Source: Clostridia bacterium
GTDB taxonomy: Bacteria; Bacillota; Clostridia; Christensenellales; CAG-138
Assembly: GCA_017514685.1 (NCBI GenBank)
Contig: JAFWJN010000040.1
Coordinates: 5,056-69,055 of the forward strand
DNA: 64,000 nt
Direction of reading: 5' to 3'
Below the pieces are notes generated by a model that was given only the letters and a program-made list of their open reading frames with translations, was not told where the DNA came from and searched no databases. Positions 54,150 through 63,493 of the stretch are shown here, piece after piece. The translations under genes and the position numbers were made by a program. Each line of letters begins with the position of its first letter. Position 1 is the stretch's first letter.

Positions 54150-54207
54150 ATACCCCCTTGGGGTATGTTTCTTGTATTACTATATACCCTCCGGGGGTAT
54201 TTGTCAA
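54150..54207 (-). promoter_or_regulatory. csoR-copA promoter with two CsoR-type GC-tract palindromes
   Basis: ATACCCCCTTGGGGTAT (54150-54166) and ATACCCTCCGGGGGTAT (54184-54200). TTGACA (54202-54207) -17 nt- TATAGT (54179-54184) on the minus strand. Confidence 0.7.
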
Positions 54208-54293
54208 CAAATTAATACCAGGAGTATTTGTAAAAATAGCACTCTTTTTTGTTGTGCTTGCAGCCATTTATAAATAATGATATACTTTCTGGT

Positions 54294-54962
54294 ATGAGCA
54301 GAAACACTCGGAAAATTAAAAAAAGGATTGCCGCAGGAGCCGCGACTGCTGTCACCGCAGCGAGTATCCTGACCAATTCCGTGGTATCGAATCCGGCGGA
54401 TCTTTTAAAGTCCTCCTCTCCTGATGCCTCGGATAATTCTCATGTCCTTATTTTAGAGAATGAGTCTCCCCACAGTTATATCCTCGAAACAGACCAGTAT
54501 GAACCTTATACCTGGAAAGAGCAGCTTTGCATCCGAATGCAAAAGCTTCCTCTGCCGGTCAAGTCTCTTGTTCTTCTTCCGCTCTGGGGAATTGGAGAAG
54601 TCATTACCGTTCTGCTTTCTTCCCTTTGGTCCAGTCCGATTGGCCAGGCAATTTTTCATTTTTTATTGGAAGCCGCCGTTCTGATAGGTCTGTTCGTGCT
54701 TGTTTTCAAGTTGCTATTCCCTGATGTTCCTCTTAAATCGCTCTTTTCCAAAAAGAATCTTCTCTGGATCATTCTCGGCGCAGTTCTTCTTACAGCTGCC
54801 GATTTGGTTCTCGGAATCCTTTGGGATCAATGGCATGTTGTCCGAATCATACTCATGATTGTCTGTGCATTGATCGTTCTGATGATTCTCTGGGTAAAAC
54901 TTTGCGGAAAGTTTCCCCCGCCGAAACGTATCAAAAAAAGAGTCGAGCTGGTCATACAATGA
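54294..54962 (+). CDS. Membrane protein, function unknown
   Basis: Basic N-terminus MSRNTRKIKKR, TM helix, then about 4 further TM helices. Start uncertain because there is no clear SD (track start 54249 is TTG). Confidence 0.45.
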   Translation: MSRNTRKIKKRIAAGAATAVTAASILTNSVVSNPADLLKSSSPDASDNSHVLILENESPHSYILETDQYEPYTWKEQLCIRMQKLPLPVKSLVLLPLWGIGEVITVLLSSLWSSPIGQAIFHFLLEAAVLIGLFVLVFKLLFPDVPLKSLFSKKNLLWIILGAVLLTAADLVLGILWDQWHVVRIILMIVCALIVLMILWVKLCGKFPPPKRIKKRVELVIQ

Positions 54963-54991
54963 CCGATATTTGAGTATAACGGAGGCTTTTC

Positions 54992-55474
54992 ATGTCAAAC
55001 ACCGATCAAAAACTTTTCCTATATAAACCTGCATTTGCCGATCTGGATATGAGGCAGGCTTTATTGGCAGATCCTGAAACCATGTCTTACAACAAAGCAT
55101 ACGGCGGAACGATTGACTGGCCTGAAACTGAATGGCGCCAGTGGTATTCCCGCTGGGTTGCGCAGGACCGGGAACAATGTTTTTACCGTTATCTTATGAC
55201 CGCCGATAAGGAATTCGTCGGAGAAGTCGCCTATCATCTTGATCCCAAACTCGGCGGATATATGACTGACATCATTATTTCCGCCAAGCATCGCGGTCAC
55301 GGCTACGGAAAAACCGGTCTCAATCTTCTCTGTGGTGCAGCCAAAGCGCGCGGCATTAAGGTTCTGTATGACAACATTGCTCTTGACAATCCATCCATCA
55401 ATCTGTTTTTAGCCGCCGGTTTTATAGAAGTGATCCGTACAACAGAAAGCATACTATTAAAGAAAGAGCTCTGA
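54992..55474 (+). CDS. GNAT-family N-acetyltransferase
   Basis: HRGHGYGKTGLNLLCGAAKARG acetyl-CoA motif; GGAGG SD. Confidence 0.8.
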   Translation: MSNTDQKLFLYKPAFADLDMRQALLADPETMSYNKAYGGTIDWPETEWRQWYSRWVAQDREQCFYRYLMTADKEFVGEVAYHLDPKLGGYMTDIIISAKHRGHGYGKTGLNLLCGAAKARGIKVLYDNIALDNPSINLFLAAGFIEVIRTTESILLKKEL

Positions 55475-55478
55475 ATCC

Positions 55479-55982
55479 ATGATCCGTCGCTCAACCCCAG
55501 ATGATTTTTCCGATCTTATCCGCATTTATGCCGCTGCCCGTTCCATTATGGAGCAAAGCGGCAATCCTTTTCAGTGGGGAAAATCTAAGCCCTCTTTGGA
55601 GTTAATCCAATCCGACATTGTGAACGGTACAGGCTACCTCCTCGAAGAAAACGGTCGCCCTTACGGCGCGTTTGCTCTTCTTTTTGATCCGGACCCCACC
55701 TACTCAGAGATCGAAGGAAGCTGGAAAAACAATGCCCCTTATGCGGCACTTCACCGGGTGGCCAGCGATGGCTCCCACAAGCAGGTGCTTTCTGAAATCC
55801 TTATTTTTTGTCGGGCAATTTCCAAAGAGCTCCGTATCGATACCCATGAAGATAACTGCATCATGCGAAAACTTCTAACCCGGGAAGGTTTTGAATATTG
55901 CGGTGTGATTCATCTGGCAGACGGGTCTCCCCGTCTTGCCTTTCAATGGAGCGCTCATTCCTCCAACCGTTGTCTCACCTGA
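55479..55982 (+). CDS. GNAT-family N-acetyltransferase
   Basis: GNAT-like fold pattern, 4 nt after the preceding GNAT gene. Weaker motif A. Confidence 0.7.
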   Translation: MIRRSTPDDFSDLIRIYAAARSIMEQSGNPFQWGKSKPSLELIQSDIVNGTGYLLEENGRPYGAFALLFDPDPTYSEIEGSWKNNAPYAALHRVASDGSHKQVLSEILIFCRAISKELRIDTHEDNCIMRKLLTREGFEYCGVIHLADGSPRLAFQWSAHSSNRCLT

Positions 55983-56036
55983 GGCATATGCAAAATCGAC
56001 TCTTCTTATATTAATGTATTTTGCTGCGGTATAAGA

Positions 56037-56077
56037 TACAGACCCGATCGGATCCGATCGGGTCTGTTATGATTTTT
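56037..56077 (+). terminator. Rho-independent terminator after the GNAT pair
   Basis: ACAGACCCGATCGG-AT-CCGATCGGGTCTGT perfect palindrome followed by TATGATTTTTTG. Confidence 0.85.
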
Positions 56078-56090
56078 TGATCCTGTTTCT

Positions 56091-56843
56091 TCAGACAGCT
56101 CCTGTCCGGCTGCGGTAATCAGCTGCCGTTTCAAAGGTATCCAGCATGCCCTGCAGAACCGGCTCTGCCTCAGAGAAGCCATCCTCCACACCTATCAACT
56201 GTCCCAGATAAACCCGTGTTCCCGCTTTCCAAATGAGAACTCTTCCTTTCAGCAAAATGCCAATATAGCTGATATCTGCATCCTGCATCCGTCCGCTGAT
56301 CCCGTTTACATCTATTTCCGTGATTTCCGTTTGAACAGTGACTCCGGAAGCACCATAGGCATTCTTCCAGGCGTTAATGACACTTTCGACCATATCTTCC
56401 ATTGAAATATAATCGATCGTATCTCCGGCATCTATTGAGTATAGTACGATCTGCGTTGTTCCATACGAATCATTTTCGTGAATAAACGCAATTCCGCCAT
56501 TCGCAGGGGAGCCCTTCCAGGCCGGGTCATTGATTACCACATGGAAATCATAGTCATCGCTCAGATAATCAGCCGTGTCCGGTTCCGGCTCTTCTGTCGG
56601 TTCGGGGGTTGGTTCTTCGGTCGGTTCTTCCGTCGGTTCGGGGGTTGGTTCTTCGGTCGGTTCCGCAGTTTTCTCCGGGGCAGGCGCTTCTGTCTTATTA
56701 TTGACGGAAGTTTCTTCTGTCTTTGATTCTGCGACAGATTCTACCGTATCTTTCTTTTCTTCCGCAGAAGACTTAACACGGATACATCCCAAAGTACTTA
56801 CCACCATCAAAACCGCCAGAATGATTGCTAATATACGTTTCAT
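56091..56843 (-). CDS. Lipoprotein with Glu-Pro-Thr repeat linker, function unknown
   Basis: Signal peptide plus lipobox MKRILAIILAVLMVVSTLGC; EPTEEPTPEPTE repeats; AGGAGA SD. Confidence 0.6.
   Translation of the reverse strand: MKRILAIILAVLMVVSTLGCIRVKSSAEEKKDTVESVAESKTEETSVNNKTEAPAPEKTAEPTEEPTPEPTEEPTEEPTPEPTEEPEPDTADYLSDDYDFHVVINDPAWKGSPANGGIAFIHENDSYGTTQIVLYSIDAGDTIDYISMEDMVESVINAWKNAYGASGVTVQTEITEIDVNGISGRMQDADISYIGILLKGRVLIWKAGTRVYLGQLIGVEDGFSEAEPVLQGMLDTFETAADYRSRTGAV
56596..56663 (-). repeat. In-frame 36-nt tandem repeat (about 1.9 copies) encoding EPTEEPTPEPTE
   Basis: Plus strand GTCGGTTCGGGGGTTGGTTCTTCGGTCGGTTC occurs at 56596 and 56632. Confidence 0.85.
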
Positions 56844-56881
56844 CTTTTTCTCCTGATAGAATTATAATTATTCGTTCGCAG

Positions 56882-57304
56882 TTATTTCCGTTCTGCCCGA
56901 GAACATATGATCTTATTTGCCTCGTCCAGAATCGTTTTCAGTTCATCAAGCCATAGAAGTTCCTTTGCCTGATCAAAAGGAACGTTTTTCATCCGCTTGA
57001 TCTCATGTCTTGGGGAGGGAGTTTCTTCTTCAGGATAAGTAGCAATGAAAAAAGTAATCTTCTTACAAGTATCCTTCTTCTTCAATACAGGATATTCCAC
57101 GCTTCTGCAGAAACTCTGATCCACAACAGCATGAACTCCTGTTTCCTCCCAGATTTCCCTTACAGCCGTCTGTATTTCGCTTTCATTTGCTTCCATGTGT
57201 CCCTTCGGAAAACCGAATCCGCTGGATCCTTCCACCAGGATATAGTACGGTTCTCCGTTCTTTAATTGATACAGAACTGCCCCGCAAGAATGTTCCCAGT
57301 TCAC
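56882..57304 (-). CDS. NUDIX hydrolase
   Basis: Nudix box GHMEANESEIQTAVREIWEETGV. ATGA overlap with the nitroreductase stop. Confidence 0.85.
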   Translation of the reverse strand: MNWEHSCGAVLYQLKNGEPYYILVEGSSGFGFPKGHMEANESEIQTAVREIWEETGVHAVVDQSFCRSVEYPVLKKKDTCKKITFFIATYPEEETPSPRHEIKRMKNVPFDQAKELLWLDELKTILDEANKIICSRAERK

Positions 57305-57816
57305 AGCGTCTTCACCGTATCTTCCAGCGGTTTTCTTTTTCCGTGATTGGGTGAAACACCCGCTTCCGGAGCAGGATAACCCATCGGCATCAGCAAAACG
57401 ACTTTCTCATTTTCAGGAAGCTCAAATGCTTTTTCCACTTCGCTGTTCGGGAAATAATTAACCCAGCAGGAACCGATACCCTCATCCCATGCTGCCAGCA
57501 TCACTTGTGTGGCAACAATGCTCACATCCTGCTGACCGGATACAATTTCCTGCTCGAACGGATTTCTCCACTGAGCTTCCGCATCATATGCGAAAATTAG
57601 AACGACCGGTGCATTGAAAGCACAGCGCGTGATAGCACGTATCTTTTGAATCGCTTCTTCACTTTTCAGAACATAGATTCTTTGCGGCTGCTGATTCTTC
57701 GCTGTCGGTGCGGCATTCCCCGCTTCAAGAATCCTGGTTAATTTTTCGTCCTCAATCGGTCTTGAATCATAGATTCGAACCGAATAACGTTCTTTCAATA
57801 CTTTCTGCAGTTCCAT
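57301..57816 (-). CDS. Nitroreductase-family protein
   Basis: RYSVRIYDSRPIEDEKL...NQQPQRIYV pattern, 171 aa. Confidence 0.83.
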   Translation of the reverse strand: MELQKVLKERYSVRIYDSRPIEDEKLTRILEAGNAAPTAKNQQPQRIYVLKSEEAIQKIRAITRCAFNAPVVLIFAYDAEAQWRNPFEQEIVSGQQDVSIVATQVMLAAWDEGIGSCWVNYFPNSEVEKAFELPENEKVVLLMPMGYPAPEAGVSPNHGKRKPLEDTVKTL

Positions 57817-57842
57817 TTTATCTTTGTTCTCCTCTTTCTTTA

Positions 57843-59663
57843 CTATTCCCAGCCTTCCATACGGTCCATAATCGCATATAAAGGCAAATATTGTTCTTCC
57901 ATCATTGCAACCGTCTCGTCAAATCTCAGCAGCCTGGTACCTCCGTTGCTGTCTTCCCAGACCGGAAGGCCCTCCCTGTTCGGATTCCCTTTTACAGAAA
58001 AGTCATATACATACGACATGATCATTTTTGATAATTCCCGGTCCACCTGATCAAAGAGCGGTGATTTTTCAGGAATATTCCCATATACATAAATCATCTC
58101 CCCGCTGTGCCAGGCCGACAGACGTCCGTTCTGCTTGGAAAAATAATACTCGTAACTTGGAATGCCGTTCTTTTCTGCAAGTCTGCTCAGACAATAATGC
58201 GGATAATTGAAAAATACCGCACTGTAGATCTGCGCCCACATGGAGTCTGCTTCCTGATCGGTCTTCGGGTGATACAATTTCAACACATCGTCTGCATATT
58301 CCTGAAAATATGCCCGGACCTTAGATTCATAATTTTTCAGGTTCGCGCGACCGAACAGAATAAACGGAGCGCTCTCATCAGAATTATAACCGTGCAACAG
58401 TGCTTCTCCGTTGAAAATTCCTTTTTGATAAGATTCATAAGGTGTTTCCGTCAGAACATATCCGTCCACCGTCATATGGTGCTGTGTATCAGCCTCTCCC
58501 ACAAGTGCCTTGGCATCCAGCTGACGAAGTTCTTTGACATTCGATGCCCCGTAACGGTCTTTCAATTTTTTCCCTGAAGCAAGCGCGTCTTCCAGCAGTC
58601 GGAACGAATGAGGCGGCTTTACAGAAGCGACCGTTGAACTTTCCAGGATTGCGCGTCTGAACAGACCTTTTGCAAGTGGCGAAGTACAAAGCGCACTGAC
58701 ACTTGCAGCTCCTGCAGATTCTCCGGAAAGAGTCACATTCTCAGGGTCCCCTCCAAAGGCTGCGATATTGTCCCTGACCCATTCAAGCGCTTTGATCTGG
58801 TCAAGAAGTCCGTAATTGCCTGTGGTATGGTTCTCAGACTCCTCTGCCAGTTCTTCATCCGCGAAGAATCCGAAAACACCAAGCCGGTAGCCCATATTAA
58901 CGACAACCATCTGCTTTTCTTCAGCGATTCCCGCTCCGGCATAATCACCATACCACGGCTGTCCGGTTTGCAATGAGCCTCCATGCACGTATACGAGCAC
59001 CGGAAGGTTGGCAACATCTCCGGCAGGTTTCCAGATGTTCAGATATAATCCGTCCTCCGATACCGGCGGAATATAATTATCTCTCAAAGAAATACTGTAC
59101 TCATGGTATCCGATAATCTGTCTCAGATTATTGTAGATAGGAATATTGGTCGGCTGCATGTTCATCGGGCCGAAATGATCTGCGTCCAGAACGCCTTCCC
59201 ACGGATCCGGGTCCTCCGGTTCCTTCCATCTTAATTCCCCTACAGGCGGTTTCGCATACGGGATACCGGCGTATAGTTCGATTTTTCCGTTTTTAATCAG
59301 AACCCCCCGAACTTTTCCGTCCTTGACAGAGATGGTCTCAGTATACTCCGGCTTCAATCCTTCATATGCCGGAACTGCTTTTACCGGTGGCCAGGTCAAA
59401 AACAGAATCGCCACGAAGCATCCAAGCCATAAAAGCCATGCAATCACTTTTCCGTACCATTTTCCTTCTCTGAGAAACTTTACAAAGAGAAAGACAAATC
59501 CTGCTGTAACAGCCAGAAGAAGAATGAATCCCAAAATTGTATTTTTGTTTAACTCCAGTACTGCCAGCATGAGAAGGAAAAGCAGCCCTGCACCGATTCC
59601 GAATCCGATCATATTCTTTTCCCCGGGATAAATGTGATTTTGCTTGCGTTTTCGCATTTTCAT
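57843..59663 (-). CDS. Type-B carboxylesterase/lipase with N-terminal membrane anchor (about 3 TM)
   Basis: GESAGAASV nucleophile elbow, YVHGGS oxyanion region, WVRDNIAAFGGDP. Start ATG 59663 preferred over 59705. Confidence 0.83.
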   Translation of the reverse strand: MKMRKRKQNHIYPGEKNMIGFGIGAGLLFLLMLAVLELNKNTILGFILLLAVTAGFVFLFVKFLREGKWYGKVIAWLLWLGCFVAILFLTWPPVKAVPAYEGLKPEYTETISVKDGKVRGVLIKNGKIELYAGIPYAKPPVGELRWKEPEDPDPWEGVLDADHFGPMNMQPTNIPIYNNLRQIIGYHEYSISLRDNYIPPVSEDGLYLNIWKPAGDVANLPVLVYVHGGSLQTGQPWYGDYAGAGIAEEKQMVVVNMGYRLGVFGFFADEELAEESENHTTGNYGLLDQIKALEWVRDNIAAFGGDPENVTLSGESAGAASVSALCTSPLAKGLFRRAILESSTVASVKPPHSFRLLEDALASGKKLKDRYGASNVKELRQLDAKALVGEADTQHHMTVDGYVLTETPYESYQKGIFNGEALLHGYNSDESAPFILFGRANLKNYESKVRAYFQEYADDVLKLYHPKTDQEADSMWAQIYSAVFFNYPHYCLSRLAEKNGIPSYEYYFSKQNGRLSAWHSGEMIYVYGNIPEKSPLFDQVDRELSKMIMSYVYDFSVKGNPNREGLPVWEDSNGGTRLLRFDETVAMMEEQYLPLYAIMDRMEGWE

Positions 59664-59817
59664 TGTATTCTTTTTACCTCTTTCAGTCAATGCGGGAAGT
59701 TGCATAATAGCGCAGGAAAGCTGGTTTTTCCTCTAATTCATTGACACCGTTTTTTTCTTCTTATATACTGAATTATATCAATCAGACAGTTTTTTTCTTT
59801 CTATATTTTATAAAGAG

Positions 59818-60705
59818 GTGAATCACTCCATGAAAAAGCATCATCATCTGCTCCGGCTCCTGATTCTGGTTATTATCGGTATTCTGGTTTTCGTGATCGG
59901 ACTTCATACCGGTCTGGTTCAGACGCTCCCGAAGTTTGCTTTGAATTCTCAGGCCTTTATCAACGGGCTTTTGATTCTTATCCTGCTTCTTATCTCAGAA
60001 GCGCTCGCCAGTTTTGTTCTCGGACTCATCAAGCCCGCCAACAACCGTGGCAAAACGCTGCTTGCCCTTACTAAAAACATTATCCGCTACGCCGTCATCA
60101 TTGCCTCCATCTGCATTATCCTGACCATGTTCAATGTTGATGTCGTGACGATCCTCGCCGGTCTCGGAATCGTTGCCCTGATCATCGGGTTTGGCGCTGA
60201 AAGTCTGATCGCAGATGTTGTTACCGGTATGTTCATCTTGATTGACAACCAGTACAACATAGGAGATATTATCGAGGTTGCCGGTTTCCGTGGAACGGTG
60301 ACCGATATCAGTGTCCGTACGACCGTTCTGACCGACCCCGGTGGAAATGTCAAGATCATCAACAACTCCGATATGACCAATATCCTTAACCGTTCCGACA
60401 ACTCCTCCCGGGCTCTTGCTGATTTTCCGATTCCGTATGAGACCGATCTGGAGGCTCTGGAAGCCAAGATTCCGGAACTGTTGAAAAGCATCTATAATCT
60501 GCGGTCTGAACTGTATAAAGATGTCCCTCTCTATCTTGGGGTTGATCAGCTCGGCGACAGTTCAGTCGTTCTGAAATTTGTTGTTGAAGTAGCCGAATCC
60601 GATATCTATGCAGGTGCGCGTATGCTCAACCATGACCTTTTAATCGGAATGCGTCATCTCGGAATCGAAGTGCCTTTCCCGCAAATGGATATTCACCAGA
60701 AATAA
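59818..60705 (+). CDS. Small-conductance mechanosensitive channel (MscS family)
   Basis: 3 TM helices plus beta domain IGDIIEVAGFRGTVTDISVRTTVLTDPGGNVKIINNS. Start is GTG 59818 or ATG 59830. Confidence 0.85.
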   Translation: MNHSMKKHHHLLRLLILVIIGILVFVIGLHTGLVQTLPKFALNSQAFINGLLILILLLISEALASFVLGLIKPANNRGKTLLALTKNIIRYAVIIASICIILTMFNVDVVTILAGLGIVALIIGFGAESLIADVVTGMFILIDNQYNIGDIIEVAGFRGTVTDISVRTTVLTDPGGNVKIINNSDMTNILNRSDNSSRALADFPIPYETDLEALEAKIPELLKSIYNLRSELYKDVPLYLGVDQLGDSSVVLKFVVEVAESDIYAGARMLNHDLLIGMRHLGIEVPFPQMDIHQK

Positions 60706-61722
60706 ATGGTCAAAAAAGTTCACCAAATCATGGGGATCCCTTCCCAGTTTTCCGGGAACGATACCCCTGAATATCCCCATCTTCCCGACGAGGACAACCG
60801 TAACGCGCCGGTCATGGAACGCGCCGAAAAAAGTACTGCTTCCAGGATCCGGAGAATCATGCTCCTGCTTGGCACCGCAGGCCTTACCACGCTTGGGATT
60901 CTGTTCCCTTCCTCTTCCGGTATAAAAGCGGAAGCGGAAGCAGAGGTAACACCTTCCCCTGTTGTCACCGTCTCTCCAACCGCCACCCCGAAGGAAACTG
61001 CCGTTCCAACCTCCGTCCCGACTCCTGTTCCAACCGATTCTCCGGCACCGACGGCAACGCCTTTGCCGCTTCGTGATTCCGGGACGATTCATATAGTGGT
61101 TTACGCTGATCTGAATAATCCCGATTATGACTGGTTCAATCCGGATCCGGCCTTGAGTCCGCTGATGATTCTTGCGGACGACACGGTTGAAGAATCCTCC
61201 TTTGAGTCCTATACGCTTCCTCCCCTTCCGGCTTTGGAAGACTATACTGCTGTCGGTTATGTTATGCAGACCGTCGAAACCGAGGCATTTATCTACGATG
61301 AAGTTCCCCTGCAGGTGTATCCTTTAACTGATATACTCCTGCCGGAACATGTATTGAATGTTCCCGTTGGATCAGATGGAGAGCGTTATGTTGAGATTCA
61401 TACCCTCTGGCGTTACAACAAGGACTCTGATCGAACTGTGATTCTTGACGGTGTCCCCTACAGTTATAATTCTCCGATTGCCTCCGAAGGCTTGTGCTAT
61501 CTTGCGGCCTATCCGGTTCCCTCCCGTGAAAACATGACATTCTTAGGCTGGTATGACGAAGAAGGTAACCGGGTGGATGTTCTCACATACTTCGACTTTT
61601 ATCCGCCGTCTGACGGTGAACCTGCCTGGTGGCTGGAAGGGGCGTCTGAACGAGTACTTTTCCTGGAAAACCGCGATTGGTCCAATCCGCAGCCTGTTGT
61701 ACTGCATTCGGAATGGAAATGA
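60706..61722 (+). CDS. Single-pass membrane protein with Pro/Thr linker and repeat-like ectodomain, function unknown
   Basis: TM IMLLLGTAGLTTLGILF, PT-rich linker, FLGWYDEEGNRV motif reminiscent of Listeria-Bacteroides repeats. The ATG abuts the MscS stop. Confidence 0.5.
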   Translation: MVKKVHQIMGIPSQFSGNDTPEYPHLPDEDNRNAPVMERAEKSTASRIRRIMLLLGTAGLTTLGILFPSSSGIKAEAEAEVTPSPVVTVSPTATPKETAVPTSVPTPVPTDSPAPTATPLPLRDSGTIHIVVYADLNNPDYDWFNPDPALSPLMILADDTVEESSFESYTLPPLPALEDYTAVGYVMQTVETEAFIYDEVPLQVYPLTDILLPEHVLNVPVGSDGERYVEIHTLWRYNKDSDRTVILDGVPYSYNSPIASEGLCYLAAYPVPSRENMTFLGWYDEEGNRVDVLTYFDFYPPSDGEPAWWLEGASERVLFLENRDWSNPQPVVLHSEWK

Positions 61723-61737
61723 AGCCAAAATAAACTG

Positions 61738-61767
61738 AGGCGGATCAAATGTGATCCGCCTTGTTTA
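61738..61767. terminator. Hairpin terminator between convergent genes
   Basis: AGGCGGATCA-AATG-TGATCCGCCT followed by TGTTTAATT. Confidence 0.78.
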
Positions 61768-61793
61768 ATTATTATAGCTGTCCTGATTGATAT

Positions 61794-62162
61794 TCAGTTT
61801 TCCGAATCAACAAATCTGCGAATCGCTTCAAACGTTTCATCACAGATATCATGCTCAATCCGGCATGCATCCGCTTTCGCACTTTCTTCCGAAACTCCGA
61901 TCTTTAAAAGAATTTTTGTCAGGATACGATGCCGTTCATAGATGCGCTGCGCAATTGTCTCGCCTTTTTCCGTCAATGTAATATGACCGTCCTGGTTCAT
62001 CAACAAATAATCGTTCTCCCGCAATCTTTTTACCGCATAGCTGACTGACGGTTTTGTGACTCCCAGTTTATCTGCGACATCAACCGAGCGTATATAGCCT
62101 TTCTGCTCACGAAGCATCAGCATTGCTTCCAGATAATCTTCTGCTGATTCTCTTATGGTCAC
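61794..62162 (-). CDS. DtxR/MntR-family metal-dependent transcriptional regulator (short form)
   Basis: SAEDYLEAMLMLREQKGYIRSVDVADKLGVTKPSVSYAVKRL wHTH. GTG start with AAGGAG 7 nt upstream. Confidence 0.85.
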   Translation of the reverse strand: MTIRESAEDYLEAMLMLREQKGYIRSVDVADKLGVTKPSVSYAVKRLRENDYLLMNQDGHITLTEKGETIAQRIYERHRILTKILLKIGVSEESAKADACRIEHDICDETFEAIRRFVDSEN

Positions 62163-62257
62163 GTTTTTTCTCCTTAATTTACCGATTATATACTATGCTA
62201 CCATATTGCTTTGTCTTTGACAAGCAAACTGTTTCACAATTGGAGAAGTATTCCGTT

Positions 62258-63457
62258 TTATTCTGCCTGAGGAGTTTCCTGACAATCCTCAGCCGCCGTA
62301 TTCTTCTCAAACCGGCGTGTCCAGCCTGGAAGCAGTAAAACCGTCAAAATTGCGAGCGTTATCGGGATCAGTTTTAAAAGAGGCAATGCACTTCCGGAGG
62401 AGATTATCGACATGGTCATCATCAGCAGATCAGTTGATACCAGCGATACGAGCCCCAGAATTCTTGCCAGCATCATTCCGACGTTCTTCCATGTTGCACG
62501 TGTTGCATCCGGAACCTCAGACTGCTCCGGGAACTTTGGCAGATGCTTTCTGCCAAACAGAATGACCGCCCATCCGATTGCTGCCAGTACAAAGATTCCG
62601 ATCATAAATTCTGTGTCGATTGTAATTCCTGCCATCTGGAGGAAATTGGGAATGGTAGCCGTCAGATTGATCATAGCGTGCAGAATCATAGTATAAATGA
62701 TTTTCCCCGTCCTTAAATATACCACCGCAAACAGTGCTCCGAGCAGAAATGCCAGGAAAAACTGTCCGCTGTTTCCATGAATGATTCCAAACAGCAAAGC
62801 CGTCACTGCTACAGCATAGCCTTCACCATACGGATGCAGCCTGTCAAGCAGGAATTTTCTGCAGACCAGTTCTTCAAAAACCGGCGCGCCTATAACCATA
62901 TACAGATACATCGGAAGTGCTTCATATGTCAGCCCGTTAAGCAGCTGATCAAGAGAGTTCTGCTCTTCCACCCCAAAAAATGACGGGAAATTTCCAATCA
63001 AAACGCCAAGTCCCCAAAGGCTATAGGCAGCCAGAGCAATCAAAACAAACTGACCGAAAGTCAGTTTTTTCTTTTCTATCGGGATTCTTTCCGTAAGAAT
63101 CTTTCGCATAACGATCAGACCGACCGTCATGCCCACGCACATGCCGACCGCATACGCAAGAACAACCCAACCTATTACGCCGCTGTCCTGCATCGCCTCG
63201 ATAACATCCCGTATCATATCGCTCCCGAAAGCAATGGTTTTTATTCTCGGGACCAATACCGCAACCGAAGCGATCACCGCCGCTAAAATCATGACCATTG
63301 AGCCAATCTGCTGAAAAATACCGAATTCAGCGATAAGCCCAAGCCCTCCACGATTATATGCTCTTTTCATTTGTAATGTCTGCTCCGAAAGACTGCTCTG
63401 AGCAATCTGAGAGCCATCCTGAACTGTATCTGCCATAATGACTGTATTCTGTTCCAT
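62258..63457 (-). CDS. CPBP-family intramembrane glutamic endopeptidase (CAAX protease/Abi-like)
   Basis: EELVCRKF (EExxxR) and FGIIHG (FxxxH) motifs in a polytopic protein. ATG 63457 with AGGAGA SD preferred over 63475. Confidence 0.8.
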   Translation of the reverse strand: MEQNTVIMADTVQDGSQIAQSSLSEQTLQMKRAYNRGGLGLIAEFGIFQQIGSMVMILAAVIASVAVLVPRIKTIAFGSDMIRDVIEAMQDSGVIGWVVLAYAVGMCVGMTVGLIVMRKILTERIPIEKKKLTFGQFVLIALAAYSLWGLGVLIGNFPSFFGVEEQNSLDQLLNGLTYEALPMYLYMVIGAPVFEELVCRKFLLDRLHPYGEGYAVAVTALLFGIIHGNSGQFFLAFLLGALFAVVYLRTGKIIYTMILHAMINLTATIPNFLQMAGITIDTEFMIGIFVLAAIGWAVILFGRKHLPKFPEQSEVPDATRATWKNVGMMLARILGLVSLVSTDLLMMTMSIISSGSALPLLKLIPITLAILTVLLLPGWTRRFEKNTAAEDCQETPQAE

Positions 63458-63493
63458 GTTCTCTCCTATAACCATCTATATGTGAACCTGGTC

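Noticed and set aside
62195-62225. Near-palindrome TTGCTTGTCAAAGACAAAGCAA upstream of the DtxR-family gene, considered as a metal-regulator box
   Set aside because: It is imperfect (one indel), does not resemble the DtxR/MntR operator patterns I know, and overlaps only a weak promoter guess (TTGTCA-17-TAGCAT). Support is insufficient.
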